DNA of 64,000 bases from Deltaproteobacteria bacterium (GTDB lineage Bacteria; UBA10199; GCA-002796325; JACPFF01): contig JACPFF010000015.1 in NCBI GenBank assembly GCA_016183065.1, positions 27,449 through 91,448 of the forward strand, written 5' to 3'. The translations under genes and the position numbers were made by a program. A model generated the notes under the pieces. It was not told where the DNA came from and made no database searches. It was given only the letters and a program-made list of their open reading frames with translations. Of this stretch, positions 37,604-46,875 are shown piece after piece (within the stretch, counting starts at the first letter, position 1; the number at the start of each line of letters is the position of its first letter).

Positions 37604-38353
37604 ATGAAACGGCTCGGTGTGAATATTGATCATGTGGCCACGCTCCGGCAGGTCCGTGGCACGGTCTACCCGGATCCCGTGGCCGCCGCGGCATATGTGG
37701 AACAGGCGGGAGCTGATCAGGTGACCCTCCATCTGCGCGAAGATCGTCGACATATCCAGGATCAGGATCTGCGGACATTACGCCGGATCGTCTCGACGCG
37801 CCTCAATCTCGAAATGGCCGCCACCGAGACCATGGCCACAATTGCCACCGAGGTACGCCCGGATGTGGTCACTCTCGTGCCGGAGCGGCGGCAGGAACTG
37901 ACGACCGAAGGGGGACTCAATATGGTGGCCGGCGGGAAGCGGCTGCGCACAGTGATCGAGTCGTTGCGGGCCGCATCGATCCCTGTCAGCGCCTTTGTCG
38001 AACCCGATCCGCGGCAGATCGAATCCGCCAGAGAATTGGGCGTCGATGCGGTCGAGTTGCACACGGGCCCCTATGCCCTCGCCATCACGGCAGAGGCGGT
38101 CGCCACCGCGCTACGTCAATTGCAGGCTGCCGCGCGTTTGGCCGCATCCATGGACCTCACGGTCTGTGCAGGACACGGGTTACATTACGAGAATACCGCC
38201 CGTCTTGTGGTGGTCCTGCCGGAGGTTGAAGAGTATAATATCGGCCATAGTATCATCGCGCGGGCCATCTTTGTCGGTTTGGAACAGGCAGTCCGGGAGA
38301 TGCGCACGCTGCTCGATCATCCTGAGACGGCCACGCCCGCAAGGCGCACGTAA
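37604..38353 (+). CDS. pdxJ: Pyridoxine 5'-phosphate synthase
   Basis: LGVNIDHVATLRQVRG and LHLREDRRHIQD. Confidence 0.95.
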   Translation: MKRLGVNIDHVATLRQVRGTVYPDPVAAAAYVEQAGADQVTLHLREDRRHIQDQDLRTLRRIVSTRLNLEMAATETMATIATEVRPDVVTLVPERRQELTTEGGLNMVAGGKRLRTVIESLRAASIPVSAFVEPDPRQIESARELGVDAVELHTGPYALAITAEAVATALRQLQAAARLAASMDLTVCAGHGLHYENTARLVVVLPEVEEYNIGHSIIARAIFVGLEQAVREMRTLLDHPETATPARRT

Positions 38354-38363
38354 AGGAGCCGGT

Positions 38364-38738
38364 ATGATCTTAGGGATCGGAATTGACCTGGTCGATGTGC
38401 GGCGGATCGAGGCGATTATTTTTCGATGGCAGGAACGATTCCTGCGGCGCATTTTTACCGACCAAGAGATTGCGCGGTGCAACAATAAAAAAAATCCGGC
38501 CCAGCGGTTTGCCACGCGGTACGCGGCAAAAGAAGCGGTCTTTAAGGCCCTCTATCCCAAGGGAACCGAAGGGATCTGCATGCTCGATATCGAGATCGAT
38601 GAGGCAAAAAATCGCCCTGTCGTCCATCTCTATCGCAAATGTCAGGCCGATGCCGAGGCCTTGGGCGTCAAGAAAATCTTCCTCATGCTCTCCCACGATG
38701 GCAATTATGGGGTCGCACAGGTCATCCTGGAAGGATGA
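38364..38738 (+). CDS. acpS: Holo-[acyl-carrier-protein] synthase
   Basis: MILGIGIDLVDVRRIE and AAKEAVFKAL. AGGAG RBS. Confidence 0.9.
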   Translation: MILGIGIDLVDVRRIEAIIFRWQERFLRRIFTDQEIARCNNKKNPAQRFATRYAAKEAVFKALYPKGTEGICMLDIEIDEAKNRPVVHLYRKCQADAEALGVKKIFLMLSHDGNYGVAQVILEG

Positions 38739-38744
38739 CCTGTC

Positions 38745-40298
38745 ATGAAAGTCGTCTCCGCGGCACAAATGCGGCAACTCGATGCAGCCACCATTTCCGC
38801 GGGTGTCCCTGCACTGAGGCTCATGGAGTGTGCCGGTAAAGGGCTGGCCGATACCGTACAACACCTCGTTGCACCACCGGCGCGGATTGGGCTCCTCTTG
38901 GGGAGTGGGAATAATGCCGGCGATGGGTGTGTCGCTGCGCGGTATCTGCAGGGTGCGGGGTATCAGCTCCGCATCTTCCTGACGAGCGATCCGGCGACCT
39001 TTTCCCCCGATGCCGCCACCAATTGGCAACGGCTCCCCCGACACGAATGTGAGATCGTGCCGGAATCCCTCCGATCGACCGAGGCCCTCACGACGTGTAC
39101 GTTCCTGATCGATGCACTGCTTGGGACGGGACTGACACGGTCGGTGCAATCACCGCTCCACGAGGTGATCGTGGCGGCCAATGCGAGCGGGGTGCCGATT
39201 GTTTCGGCAGATCTGCCGTCCGGACTCTCGGCAGATACGGGGATGCCGCTCGGCGTGGCCATTCGCGCGCAACACACCGTCACGTTTGGGCTGCCCAAGT
39301 TGGGGCATCTCCTGGGGGAGGCCGCGGATTATGTCGGTCGCTTGCACATTGTGGATATCGGCATTCCCTCGGCACTCGTCACTGCATTGGCGGATGTCCC
39401 GGTCATCAACGGACCGGAAGTCTTCGCCGCCCACTGGCCCGCGCGTCGCCGCGAGAGTCATAAAGGGGATTATGGCGCGGCCCTCGTGATCGCGGGATCA
39501 CGGCAGATGCCGGGGGCCGGTTACATGGCCAGTCGTGCGGCGCTTCGCATGGGGTGCGGGACCGTGACCTATGCCCTACCCGAACAGGCGTATACCCGCT
39601 TTGATCTTTCGGCCGTGGAAGTAATGATGGCCCCGTGTGCCGATGACGGAAGTGGGTTTTTTACGCCCGCATCCCTTTCTGCGCTCCGCGCGGTTCTGCA
39701 GCGGAAAGAGGCAATCGCGATCGGCCCCGGCGTCGGGCGAGAGGAGGCGACGCGAGCCCTCTTCCTTCAGCTCCTGCCACATTGCGCATCCCCCCTGGTG
39801 GTCGATGCCGATGCCTTGTGGGCATTGGCCGATGCCCCGTCGGTCTGGTCGAGGATCAAGGTCCCGTGGAGTATCACGCCGCATCCTGGCGAGATGGCAC
39901 GATTGATGGGGATCACCACAGAAGCCGTACAGCACGACCGTTTGGCGGTGGCGCGGACCTGTGCCGAACGCACCGGCGCGATCGTGGTCCTCAAGGGCGC
40001 CCGCACCGTCATTGCCGCTCCCGATGGGAGCGTGTGGATCAATCCCACGGGAAATTCCGGCATGGCGACCGCCGGCTCAGGAGATGTCCTGACCGGCATG
40101 ATCGTCGGACTCTTGGCACAGGGAATGGCCACAGACCATGCCGCGGCAGCCGCCGTCTACCTGCATGGCATTGCAGGGGATCTCGCCATCCAGCAACAGG
40201 GCGAAGAAGGCCTTATTGCCGCTGATCTGATTGCGACCATTCCTGCGGCGATCATCCAGTCTCTCCATGCACCACGCGAACCGATACCGCGCATATGA
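38745..40298 (+). CDS. nnr: Bifunctional NAD(P)H-hydrate repair enzyme (epimerase/dehydratase)
   Basis: YjeF N-terminal domain (LLGSGNNAGDG) and C-terminal carbohydrate-kinase domain (HKGDYG...GSGDVLTG). Confidence 0.9.
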   Translation: MKVVSAAQMRQLDAATISAGVPALRLMECAGKGLADTVQHLVAPPARIGLLLGSGNNAGDGCVAARYLQGAGYQLRIFLTSDPATFSPDAATNWQRLPRHECEIVPESLRSTEALTTCTFLIDALLGTGLTRSVQSPLHEVIVAANASGVPIVSADLPSGLSADTGMPLGVAIRAQHTVTFGLPKLGHLLGEAADYVGRLHIVDIGIPSALVTALADVPVINGPEVFAAHWPARRRESHKGDYGAALVIAGSRQMPGAGYMASRAALRMGCGTVTYALPEQAYTRFDLSAVEVMMAPCADDGSGFFTPASLSALRAVLQRKEAIAIGPGVGREEATRALFLQLLPHCASPLVVDADALWALADAPSVWSRIKVPWSITPHPGEMARLMGITTEAVQHDRLAVARTCAERTGAIVVLKGARTVIAAPDGSVWINPTGNSGMATAGSGDVLTGMIVGLLAQGMATDHAAAAAVYLHGIAGDLAIQQQGEEGLIAADLIATIPAAIIQSLHAPREPIPRI

Positions 40299-40756
40299 AT
40301 GCCTCCGACCGACGGCTGAGACGAACAACGACCTCTCCGGCAGAGACACGGGCCTTGGCGGCAGAGATCGCGAACCACCTTGTGCCGGGAACGGTCATTG
40401 CCCTGCATGGACCGCTTGGGGCCGGGAAGACCTGTTTTGTCCAGGGGCTTGCTCGCGCGCTCGAAGTGTCGTCGACGGTCATGGTTACCTCTCCCACGTA
40501 TACGCTCCTCAACATCTATCCCGGTCGCTATCCGGTGTATCACTTTGATTGGTATCGACTCGATGACATTGATGCCGTCTGGCAGCTCGATTGCGAGGAG
40601 TACTTTGAGGGGCGTGGCATCACGGTCGTCGAATGGGGAGAGAAATTTCCGGCGGTGCTCCCGCCACGGACGATACACATGACGATTGAGATCGGGACCG
40701 GGACGCGACGCACGTGGGAGATCCCTGCATCGTTCTGCTTGACGGAACTTCCTTGA
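40295..40756 (+). CDS. tsaE: tRNA t6A biosynthesis ATPase TsaE
   Basis: LHGPLGAGKTCFVQGLA and SPTYTLLNIY. ATGA overlap with nnr. Confidence 0.85.
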   Translation: MNASDRRLRRTTTSPAETRALAAEIANHLVPGTVIALHGPLGAGKTCFVQGLARALEVSSTVMVTSPTYTLLNIYPGRYPVYHFDWYRLDDIDAVWQLDCEEYFEGRGITVVEWGEKFPAVLPPRTIHMTIEIGTGTRRTWEIPASFCLTELP

Positions 40757-40777
40757 ATTGTTACGGAAATTTTTCCT

Positions 40778-41143
40778 ATGCCCGCAAAACGCCGGTCGAG
40801 AATCAAATTGTGCAAAGAAGAGGGTTGCAAGAATGCCCAGACGACCGGTGGGTATTGTCGATTACATTATTTACGCAATTGGCGGCAGATCAAAAAGGAA
40901 CAGCAAAAGGCGGCCGCAGAGCGTCTCAATCGGTATGTGGATCGCATGGCGCGGCAGCATCCGGGTCGTGTGGTGGAAGAGATCAAGAAAGATCTGCGGA
41001 CCCGTTCTGTGGAAAGTTTTGCCGACGATGCGTACAGCGATGATGACGCGAGCGATGCCTTGGCCAACCTCTTTGCTGATGTCGACGCCCAGGAAGAAGT
41101 GGAGCGCCTGCTTCGGGAACTCAAAATCGAAAAAAATTTTTAG
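40778..41143 (+). CDS. Small hypothetical protein: basic N-terminus with C-x4-C-x12-C-x2-H knuckle and an acidic C-terminus
   Basis: MPAKRRSRIKLCKEEGCKNAQTTGGYCRLHYL..., then a coiled-coil-like, Asp/Glu-rich tail. No family recognised. Confidence 0.5.
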   Translation: MPAKRRSRIKLCKEEGCKNAQTTGGYCRLHYLRNWRQIKKEQQKAAAERLNRYVDRMARQHPGRVVEEIKKDLRTRSVESFADDAYSDDDASDALANLFADVDAQEEVERLLRELKIEKNF

Positions 41144-41168
41144 ACCGAATGATCAGCGCTCGTGCCAC

Positions 41169-43247
41169 CTATCGACGTCGGAGCGGGATGGCAAGGAGTG
41201 TCCATGCCACCAGCGCGAAGAGGACGAGCGAACACCAACCGCCGAACTGTTCAGCAAATGCCGCGATCCAGGTCGGCGAGAAGAGGGCGGAGAGGGAAAG
41301 GTGTTGCCCCAACGCTCCCCACGCCGATGGGTTGGCGGTGGCCATTTTGAGGAAGAGCATGACGACACCTGCTAACACCACGCCCGTCAACGCCTCTCCG
41401 GCAATGAATCCCGAGGCAAGGAGAATCCCCCGATTCTGGGCATCAATGCGCGCGGTCCCCGATGCCGGCCGCTTCGCCAGTTGCCGGTCGAGCAGCCATC
41501 GCAGGACGCCGCCGAGAAAAATGGCGGCCGTCGTATAGAACGAGAGATACATCCCCACGGCCACGACCATGGGACCGGGAATCCGGCAGAGGATAATAAG
41601 CGCCCCAATCCCCATGCCAATGAGCATGAGCGTCCAATCGATCGAGCCGCCAAGGATGGCGGTGGCCACATGGGCCATGAGGCCTGCCTGGGGCGCTGGT
41701 AGCGCCTCGCCCCCGATGCCGATCGGCGGGAGGCCAGCCGCGAGATTGGTGGCAATCGTGCTTTCATGGAGGAGCACCATCGGATAGACGGCAAAGAACG
41801 CGACGACAATCGTCCCAAGGATTTGCGCGAGTTCCATTTTCCATGGCGTGGCGCCGAGCAGATGTCCGACCTTTAATTCCTGAATCAGGGTCCCGGAGAG
41901 TGCGGCGGCCGAACAAATAACGACTGCGAATGTCAGGGCCGCCGCCACACCAGCGCTGCCGGCTGTCTTCAGCAGAAAGAGGACGAGCGCCATGATAATG
42001 AGTGCGGTCAACGTGATACCGGAGACGGGCTGATTGGAACTCCCGACGAGTCCGCAGAGCCATCCACCGATGACGGCCAGAAAAAATCCGAGGACGAGGA
42101 GGAGAACGAGACCGACCAGCGCGACCACCATCGAATGGGTATAATGGTAAAAAACGACGGCCATCGGGAGCGCGAGGAGAAAGGCCACAATAAAACATCC
42201 CTTGATGTTGAGATCGTGTTCTGTGCGGCAGTGCCGTTCGACGGCCTCTTGCGGATGCGTGCGGCGAAAGGCCCGTTGAAATGCGGACGTGATCGACTGG
42301 CGGAGTCCCCACAGGGTGTAAAACGAGGCCATAAACATCGCCCCAATGGCCATCGTCCGCACATGGTGTTTCCAGAGATGCTTTGTGGCATCGATCAGCG
42401 GATCCTGGGCAATGGTCGGATCGATGTTGAGCCCCATCAAGATCGGAATGAGGACGACCCACGCCATGAGCCCCCCGGTAAAGGCCAGTGTGGCATAGCG
42501 GGGTCCGATGATGAATCCCACACCGATGATCGCGGGCGATGCCAGCGGGGTTTGCAAGGCCAGCCCGTGTTTGCCGACAAACGAGAGAATGGCGGTTTTT
42601 GTGGCGGTGATCAGCGGGATGCCGGCGGTATTTTTGAACAACTCCAGGAGCATGCCGCCTCCCATGGCGCCAAAGACATATTTGGCATCCGCCGCCCCCC
42701 GTTGGCCCGCGCGCACGATTTCGTAACAGGCATAACTTTCCGGAAAGGGGAGATGGGAATCGACTGTCAGTGTGCGTCGCATGACAATGATGAAGAGGAG
42801 TCCCAGAATCCCGCCGAGTCCCAATATCGCAATACTCTGCCAGAGATTGAATGTGGCCCAGACCGGCTCCCCATCGACGCGCGCGATCACAAAGGCCGGG
42901 AGGGTGAAAATGGCAGCGGCTACGAGCGCCTCGCCGACCGTCGCGGTGGTCCTGGCGATATTTTGTTCAAGGACTCCGCCGCGCATGAACGGGAGTCGAA
43001 ACGCGGCAATCGCAATGACCGCTGCAGGAAACGTGGCCGCGACTGTCATGCCGGCCTTGAGTCCCAGATAGGCGTTGGCTGCACCGAGAATGGCGGCCAG
43101 GAGCAGGCCGAGCAGTAACGCCCTGAGACTCAACTCGGGTCCGGTCTGTTCGGCGGTCTCTGCTGGCGTCGGGATGTTCGGTGTTGCAGGTGTCTGCATG
43201 GCTCCCCCTTGTTCTATCGCGTTGCCTGTGCCGTGTGTCTCTGCCAA
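41169..43247 (-). CDS. OPT-family oligopeptide transporter
   Basis: ~690 aa with many TM segments. OPT-like N-terminus ELSLRALLLGLLLAAILGAANAYLGLKAGMTV. ATG 43199 is an alternative start that removes the overlap with the upstream gene. Confidence 0.8.
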   Translation of the reverse strand: MAETHGTGNAIEQGGAMQTPATPNIPTPAETAEQTGPELSLRALLLGLLLAAILGAANAYLGLKAGMTVAATFPAAVIAIAAFRLPFMRGGVLEQNIARTTATVGEALVAAAIFTLPAFVIARVDGEPVWATFNLWQSIAILGLGGILGLLFIIVMRRTLTVDSHLPFPESYACYEIVRAGQRGAADAKYVFGAMGGGMLLELFKNTAGIPLITATKTAILSFVGKHGLALQTPLASPAIIGVGFIIGPRYATLAFTGGLMAWVVLIPILMGLNIDPTIAQDPLIDATKHLWKHHVRTMAIGAMFMASFYTLWGLRQSITSAFQRAFRRTHPQEAVERHCRTEHDLNIKGCFIVAFLLALPMAVVFYHYTHSMVVALVGLVLLLVLGFFLAVIGGWLCGLVGSSNQPVSGITLTALIIMALVLFLLKTAGSAGVAAALTFAVVICSAAALSGTLIQELKVGHLLGATPWKMELAQILGTIVVAFFAVYPMVLLHESTIATNLAAGLPPIGIGGEALPAPQAGLMAHVATAILGGSIDWTLMLIGMGIGALIILCRIPGPMVVAVGMYLSFYTTAAIFLGGVLRWLLDRQLAKRPASGTARIDAQNRGILLASGFIAGEALTGVVLAGVVMLFLKMATANPSAWGALGQHLSLSALFSPTWIAAFAEQFGGWCSLVLFALVAWTLLAIPLRRR

Positions 43248-44587
43248 AATTGGGCAATGCCATCGGCAATGCCTTCTGCCACCGCGTCCTGGTAGGGAGT
43301 ACTTTGCAATCGGCGCTCTTCCTCGGGATTGGAGAGATAGGAAGTCTCGACGAGGATCGCGGGGCTCTTTGCCCCGACCAGGACATAAAAGAGTGCGGAC
43401 CGCACTTGCTGGTCGGCAATGCGGTCATAGGTCCGCTGTAGTCGGTGAATAAGCGATTGATGGACCGTCTCTGCCAGCTGTTGCGAGGATTCCGTGAAGG
43501 CGTTCTGGAGCATGGTACTGACGATATGTTCGAGGTCGGACAACGTCTTTCCGGCGCTCGCATTCTCGCGCGCCGCGAGGCGGGCGGAGGCCTCATCCGA
43601 GGCGTTATTCAAATAATAGGTCTGAATGCCGCGGGCTTCGGGCCGTAGCGCGGCGTTGGCGTGGATCGAAACGAAGAGATCCGCCTGCCGTCGTCCCGCC
43701 ATGCTATTGCGTTCGTCCAGCGTGACGGTGCGATCACTCGTGCGTGTGAGCGAAATAGTGCAGGGGACATGATGTGCCAGAACCGCTTGAACACGCTTGG
43801 CAATCTCGAGCGTCACGGTTTTTTCCATAGTCCCGCCAGGACCCCGTGCGCCGGGATCCTTTCCTCCATGGCCGGGATCGAGGATCACATGACACGCCAT
43901 CGCCGGATGTGCGGGGGGTGGTGTCGAGAGCTGCTCGCGCAGGGTGCGTGCCACGTCCGTCGATGGGATCTCCAGCAATCCCGGTGCAAATCGAAAACGT
44001 TGGGGTGTCTGCTCCAATGCGGCAAGCGCCCGTTGGGCCGATGCGGCCATATCGCCCTTTGGATGCCGTCGGACGAGCTGGTGAAGGTGTTGCATCGCCG
44101 GTTCCTTTGCGTGAAACCCTTCCCAGTCGATGATGGAGATACGATAGAGGGCATCGTCGGCCAGCCGACTCCCCCGAAATCGCTGGGCGACGAGGCGATA
44201 CTCGGTCTGCGCACGGCGCAGGTCTTCCGGATTGTGCGAGGCCCGATAGAGCAATTCATAGGTTTTTGCCGCGCTAAACTGGGCATCCGCCCCCTCGGCC
44301 CGGTCGCGAAATGTGGCGGCGATCTCCAGAAATTGCCCGATACAACGTTCCCATTGGTCACGTCGCTGTTGCCGCTCGGGGCTGGCCAGGAGATCATAAT
44401 AACACCGACGGCCTTTGTCATACGCCCCTTCCGGCGTATCGCGCATGGCCGTGGCATGCCCCAGCATCGGTATGACGCCCAGAAGAAGTGGGAGGAGGAG
44501 CGCCGAGCGGCAAAGGGGCCCATGGAGCATCATGAGGGTGACCCTGTACCATACAGTGCGGGGGCGTCGCAACCGTCTCTTTGGCAC
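43214..44587 (-). CDS. N-acetylmuramoyl-L-alanine amidase (Amidase_3) with an N-terminal TPR-like domain
   Basis: Signal peptide, then VILDPGHGGKDPGA ... DLFVSIHANA ... GIQTYYLN. Confidence 0.85.
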   Translation of the reverse strand: MPKRRLRRPRTVWYRVTLMMLHGPLCRSALLLPLLLGVIPMLGHATAMRDTPEGAYDKGRRCYYDLLASPERQQRRDQWERCIGQFLEIAATFRDRAEGADAQFSAAKTYELLYRASHNPEDLRRAQTEYRLVAQRFRGSRLADDALYRISIIDWEGFHAKEPAMQHLHQLVRRHPKGDMAASAQRALAALEQTPQRFRFAPGLLEIPSTDVARTLREQLSTPPPAHPAMACHVILDPGHGGKDPGARGPGGTMEKTVTLEIAKRVQAVLAHHVPCTISLTRTSDRTVTLDERNSMAGRRQADLFVSIHANAALRPEARGIQTYYLNNASDEASARLAARENASAGKTLSDLEHIVSTMLQNAFTESSQQLAETVHQSLIHRLQRTYDRIADQQVRSALFYVLVGAKSPAILVETSYLSNPEEERRLQSTPYQDAVAEGIADGIAQFWQRHTAQATR

Positions 44588-44652
44588 GGCTGTGGGGCCC
44601 GTTGCGGGGAGCTATTCCAGATTGTTATGTCAAATCATATGGTTCAACCTTC

Positions 44653-44682
44653 TTGACACCTGAGGGGCTCTCCGCCTATGAT
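44653..44682 (+). promoter_or_regulatory. Sigma70-like promoter
   Basis: -35 TTGACA (44653-44658), 18-nt spacer, -10 TATGAT (44677-44682). Confidence 0.5.
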
Positions 44683-44717
44683 GGTGTACAGATGCGTGAT
44701 GCACGAGACTGGCGAAG

Positions 44718-44747
44718 GCCGTAGGCAGCAGGTGCTTACGGCTTTTT
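44718..44747 (+). terminator. Intrinsic-terminator-like hairpin with a T5 tract, inside the leader
   Basis: GCCGTAGGCA-gcagg-TGCTTACGGC is a 10-bp stem with one G:U pair, followed by TTTTT. It sits ~60 nt after the predicted TSS and 22 nt before the GGAGGGAGG RBS of the next gene. Confidence 0.55.
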
Positions 44748-44769
44748 CTATGTGTACGGAGGGAGGACT

Positions 44770-45018
44770 ATGGAGAAGACCGATCTAGAACTGATCGCGC
44801 GCTACAAAGGGGAAGATGGGGAGCTCGCCTCCTTATGGGAGGAACACCTGGCCTTTGAGCGTCAACTCGAAAAGCTCGAGCGGAAACCGTTTTTGAGCCC
44901 GGAAGAACAACTCGAGCGGAACGAATTGAAAAAACGGAAACTTGCAGGGCGCGATCAAATTGAGCAGCGCCTCGATAAATATCGTTATCGGGTTGCACGC
45001 GGTGCCCACAGCAGTTAA
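44770..45018 (+). CDS. DUF465 (YdcH-like) small coiled-coil protein
   Basis: MEKTDLELI...EEHLAFERQLEKLERKPFLSPEEQLERNELKKRKLAGRDQIE. Confidence 0.7.
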   Translation: MEKTDLELIARYKGEDGELASLWEEHLAFERQLEKLERKPFLSPEEQLERNELKKRKLAGRDQIEQRLDKYRYRVARGAHSS

Positions 45019-45068
45019 GAAGTCCACGGTCGTCCGAATGAGTCGTTACGATCGACGAAAGTGCCAGT

Positions 45069-45731
45069 ATGGGTGGATGGTCGCTCCATCATCGGAATGA
45101 GTGTGTGATCCGCGAAGGTTGGCCCTTTGTGGTGGTCTCTCTCGGTGTGGCCCTCGTGGGGTTTTTCAGTCACACTATGTGGATCGGATGGTGCGGTGTG
45201 ATTGCGGCAGTGGCTACAGCGATCTTTTTTCGCAATCCCCGGCGTACGATCCCGCAATCGCCCGGATTGATTGTTTCTCCGGCCGATGGCAAGGTCATCG
45301 GGATTGAAGAACGTGACGATCCCTTTTTCGGGCGGGGTCGCATGCACTGCGTGACCATCTTTCTCTCCGTACTCAATGTCCATATCAACCGGATGCCGTT
45401 TGATGGCCGTGTGGCCTCGGTGCAATATATCCCGGGAAAGTATCTGCTCGCCTTTCATCCGAAGGCCTCGGCAGAGAATGAGCGGAATGCCGTCCACATT
45501 ACCGGGACCGCATTGGGAGAAGAGGCCGTGATCGTCCAGATTGCCGGGTTGATTGCGCGCCGGATCATCTCCTACCTCACGCCGGGAGATCCCGTCTCTC
45601 GCGGCATGCGGTATGGTCTCATCCGGTTCGGATCACGGGTGGATCTCTATCTGCCCCGTTCTGCCACTCTCCATGTGCGTATGGGGGATCGGGTACAGGG
45701 GGGAGCGACGACCATCGGGGCTTTCGCATGA
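45069..45731 (+). CDS. psd: Phosphatidylserine decarboxylase (short type)
   Basis: Two N-terminal TM segments, VHINRMPFDG, and self-cleavage region LIRFGSRVDLYLP. Confidence 0.85.
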   Translation: MGGWSLHHRNECVIREGWPFVVVSLGVALVGFFSHTMWIGWCGVIAAVATAIFFRNPRRTIPQSPGLIVSPADGKVIGIEERDDPFFGRGRMHCVTIFLSVLNVHINRMPFDGRVASVQYIPGKYLLAFHPKASAENERNAVHITGTALGEEAVIVQIAGLIARRIISYLTPGDPVSRGMRYGLIRFGSRVDLYLPRSATLHVRMGDRVQGGATTIGAFA

Positions 45732-46576
45732 GACGTCCCATGATGCAGACACGCCGGAAACGTCGGACCGGGATTACACGGGGTATTTATCTCCTGCCGA
45801 ATCTCTTGACGACGTTCGGTCTCTTTTTGGGGATTCTGGCGATCGTCAAGACCTTGCATCATGAATTTGTCATGGCCTCCTGGGCGATCATTGTGGCCGG
45901 GCTCTGCGACAACCTCGATGGCCGCGTGGCCCGGTTGACCGGTTCCGCGTCGGAATTCGGCATTGAATACGATTCACTGGCCGACCTGATCGTTTTTGGC
46001 GTGGCGCCGGCCATCCTGATTTATAGTTGGTCGCTCGCCAGTTTTCCGCGATTGGGATGGCTGGTCGCCTTTCTCTATGTCGCCTGCGGGGCGTTACGCC
46101 TCGCCCGTTACAATGTCCAGGTCGCAACGGTCGAGCGGACCTATTTCCAGGGTCTCCCCATCCCGATGGCGGCCGGGATGATTGTCTGCACGGTCCTCTT
46201 TTACGATGCCATCTACGGCCGCGTCTTTCCGGTGCGGAATTGGTGGCTGATCGGGATGACCGTGGTGCTGGCCCTCCTCATGATTTCCACCTGTCGGTAT
46301 CGGAGCATGAAACAGATCCGGCTTGGATCACGGTGGTCATTTTTTGCCCTGGTCGCCGTGGTCGGCATCGTGACGCTGGTGGCGTTGCAGCCCGAAGTCA
46401 TCTTGTTCGTGCTCAATGCGGTCTACCTCGTGAGCGGCGTGGTCGAGTCCATCATGCATCGACGTGAGCAGGGAGGAGCGTCACGCAATGACCTGTCGGT
46501 CGACGACGAGGTCTTGCCAGAGGCGCTGCAGGAAAAAATTCGTCTCCTCCCCTCTATGGGTGGGGGGCGCGAGTGA
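45728..46576 (+). CDS. pssA: CDP-diacylglycerol--serine O-phosphatidyltransferase
   Basis: CDP-alcohol motif DNLDGRVARLTGSASEFGIEYDSLADLI. ATGA overlap with psd. Confidence 0.9.
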   Translation: MRRPMMQTRRKRRTGITRGIYLLPNLLTTFGLFLGILAIVKTLHHEFVMASWAIIVAGLCDNLDGRVARLTGSASEFGIEYDSLADLIVFGVAPAILIYSWSLASFPRLGWLVAFLYVACGALRLARYNVQVATVERTYFQGLPIPMAAGMIVCTVLFYDAIYGRVFPVRNWWLIGMTVVLALLMISTCRYRSMKQIRLGSRWSFFALVAVVGIVTLVALQPEVILFVLNAVYLVSGVVESIMHRREQGGASRNDLSVDDEVLPEALQEKIRLLPSMGGGRE

Positions 46577-46875
46577 GGCGGGGGTGGTGCATCTTTTGCG
46601 GGGGAGAGATTGCCTTGCTCGAGCACGTGCCACCAGGACGCACGGAGAGTTGCCCGCACTGCCAGCACGACCTCCATGCCTGTCGACAGTGCCGGTTTTA
46701 CGATGCCCGCGTTCGCCAGGAATGTCATGAGCCGCGCGCCGAATCTGTTCGTGAAAAAGATCGGGCAAACTTTTGTGAATGGTTCGAATTTCGCGGTGGC
46801 TGCGGGGCTGCAGATCCGGAATGCGAGCGGGCAGATGCAGCGAAGCGGTCCTTAGAGGGGCTATTTCGGCGATGA
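46573..46875 (+). CDS. Cys-rich small protein (putative double zinc ribbon)
   Basis: GTGA and ATGA overlaps with pssA and asd. Contains CIFCGG, CPHCQHDLHACRQCRF, FCEWF and CGAADPEC. No family recognised. Confidence 0.55.
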   Translation: MRRGWCIFCGGEIALLEHVPPGRTESCPHCQHDLHACRQCRFYDARVRQECHEPRAESVREKDRANFCEWFEFRGGCGAADPECERADAAKRSLEGLFRR

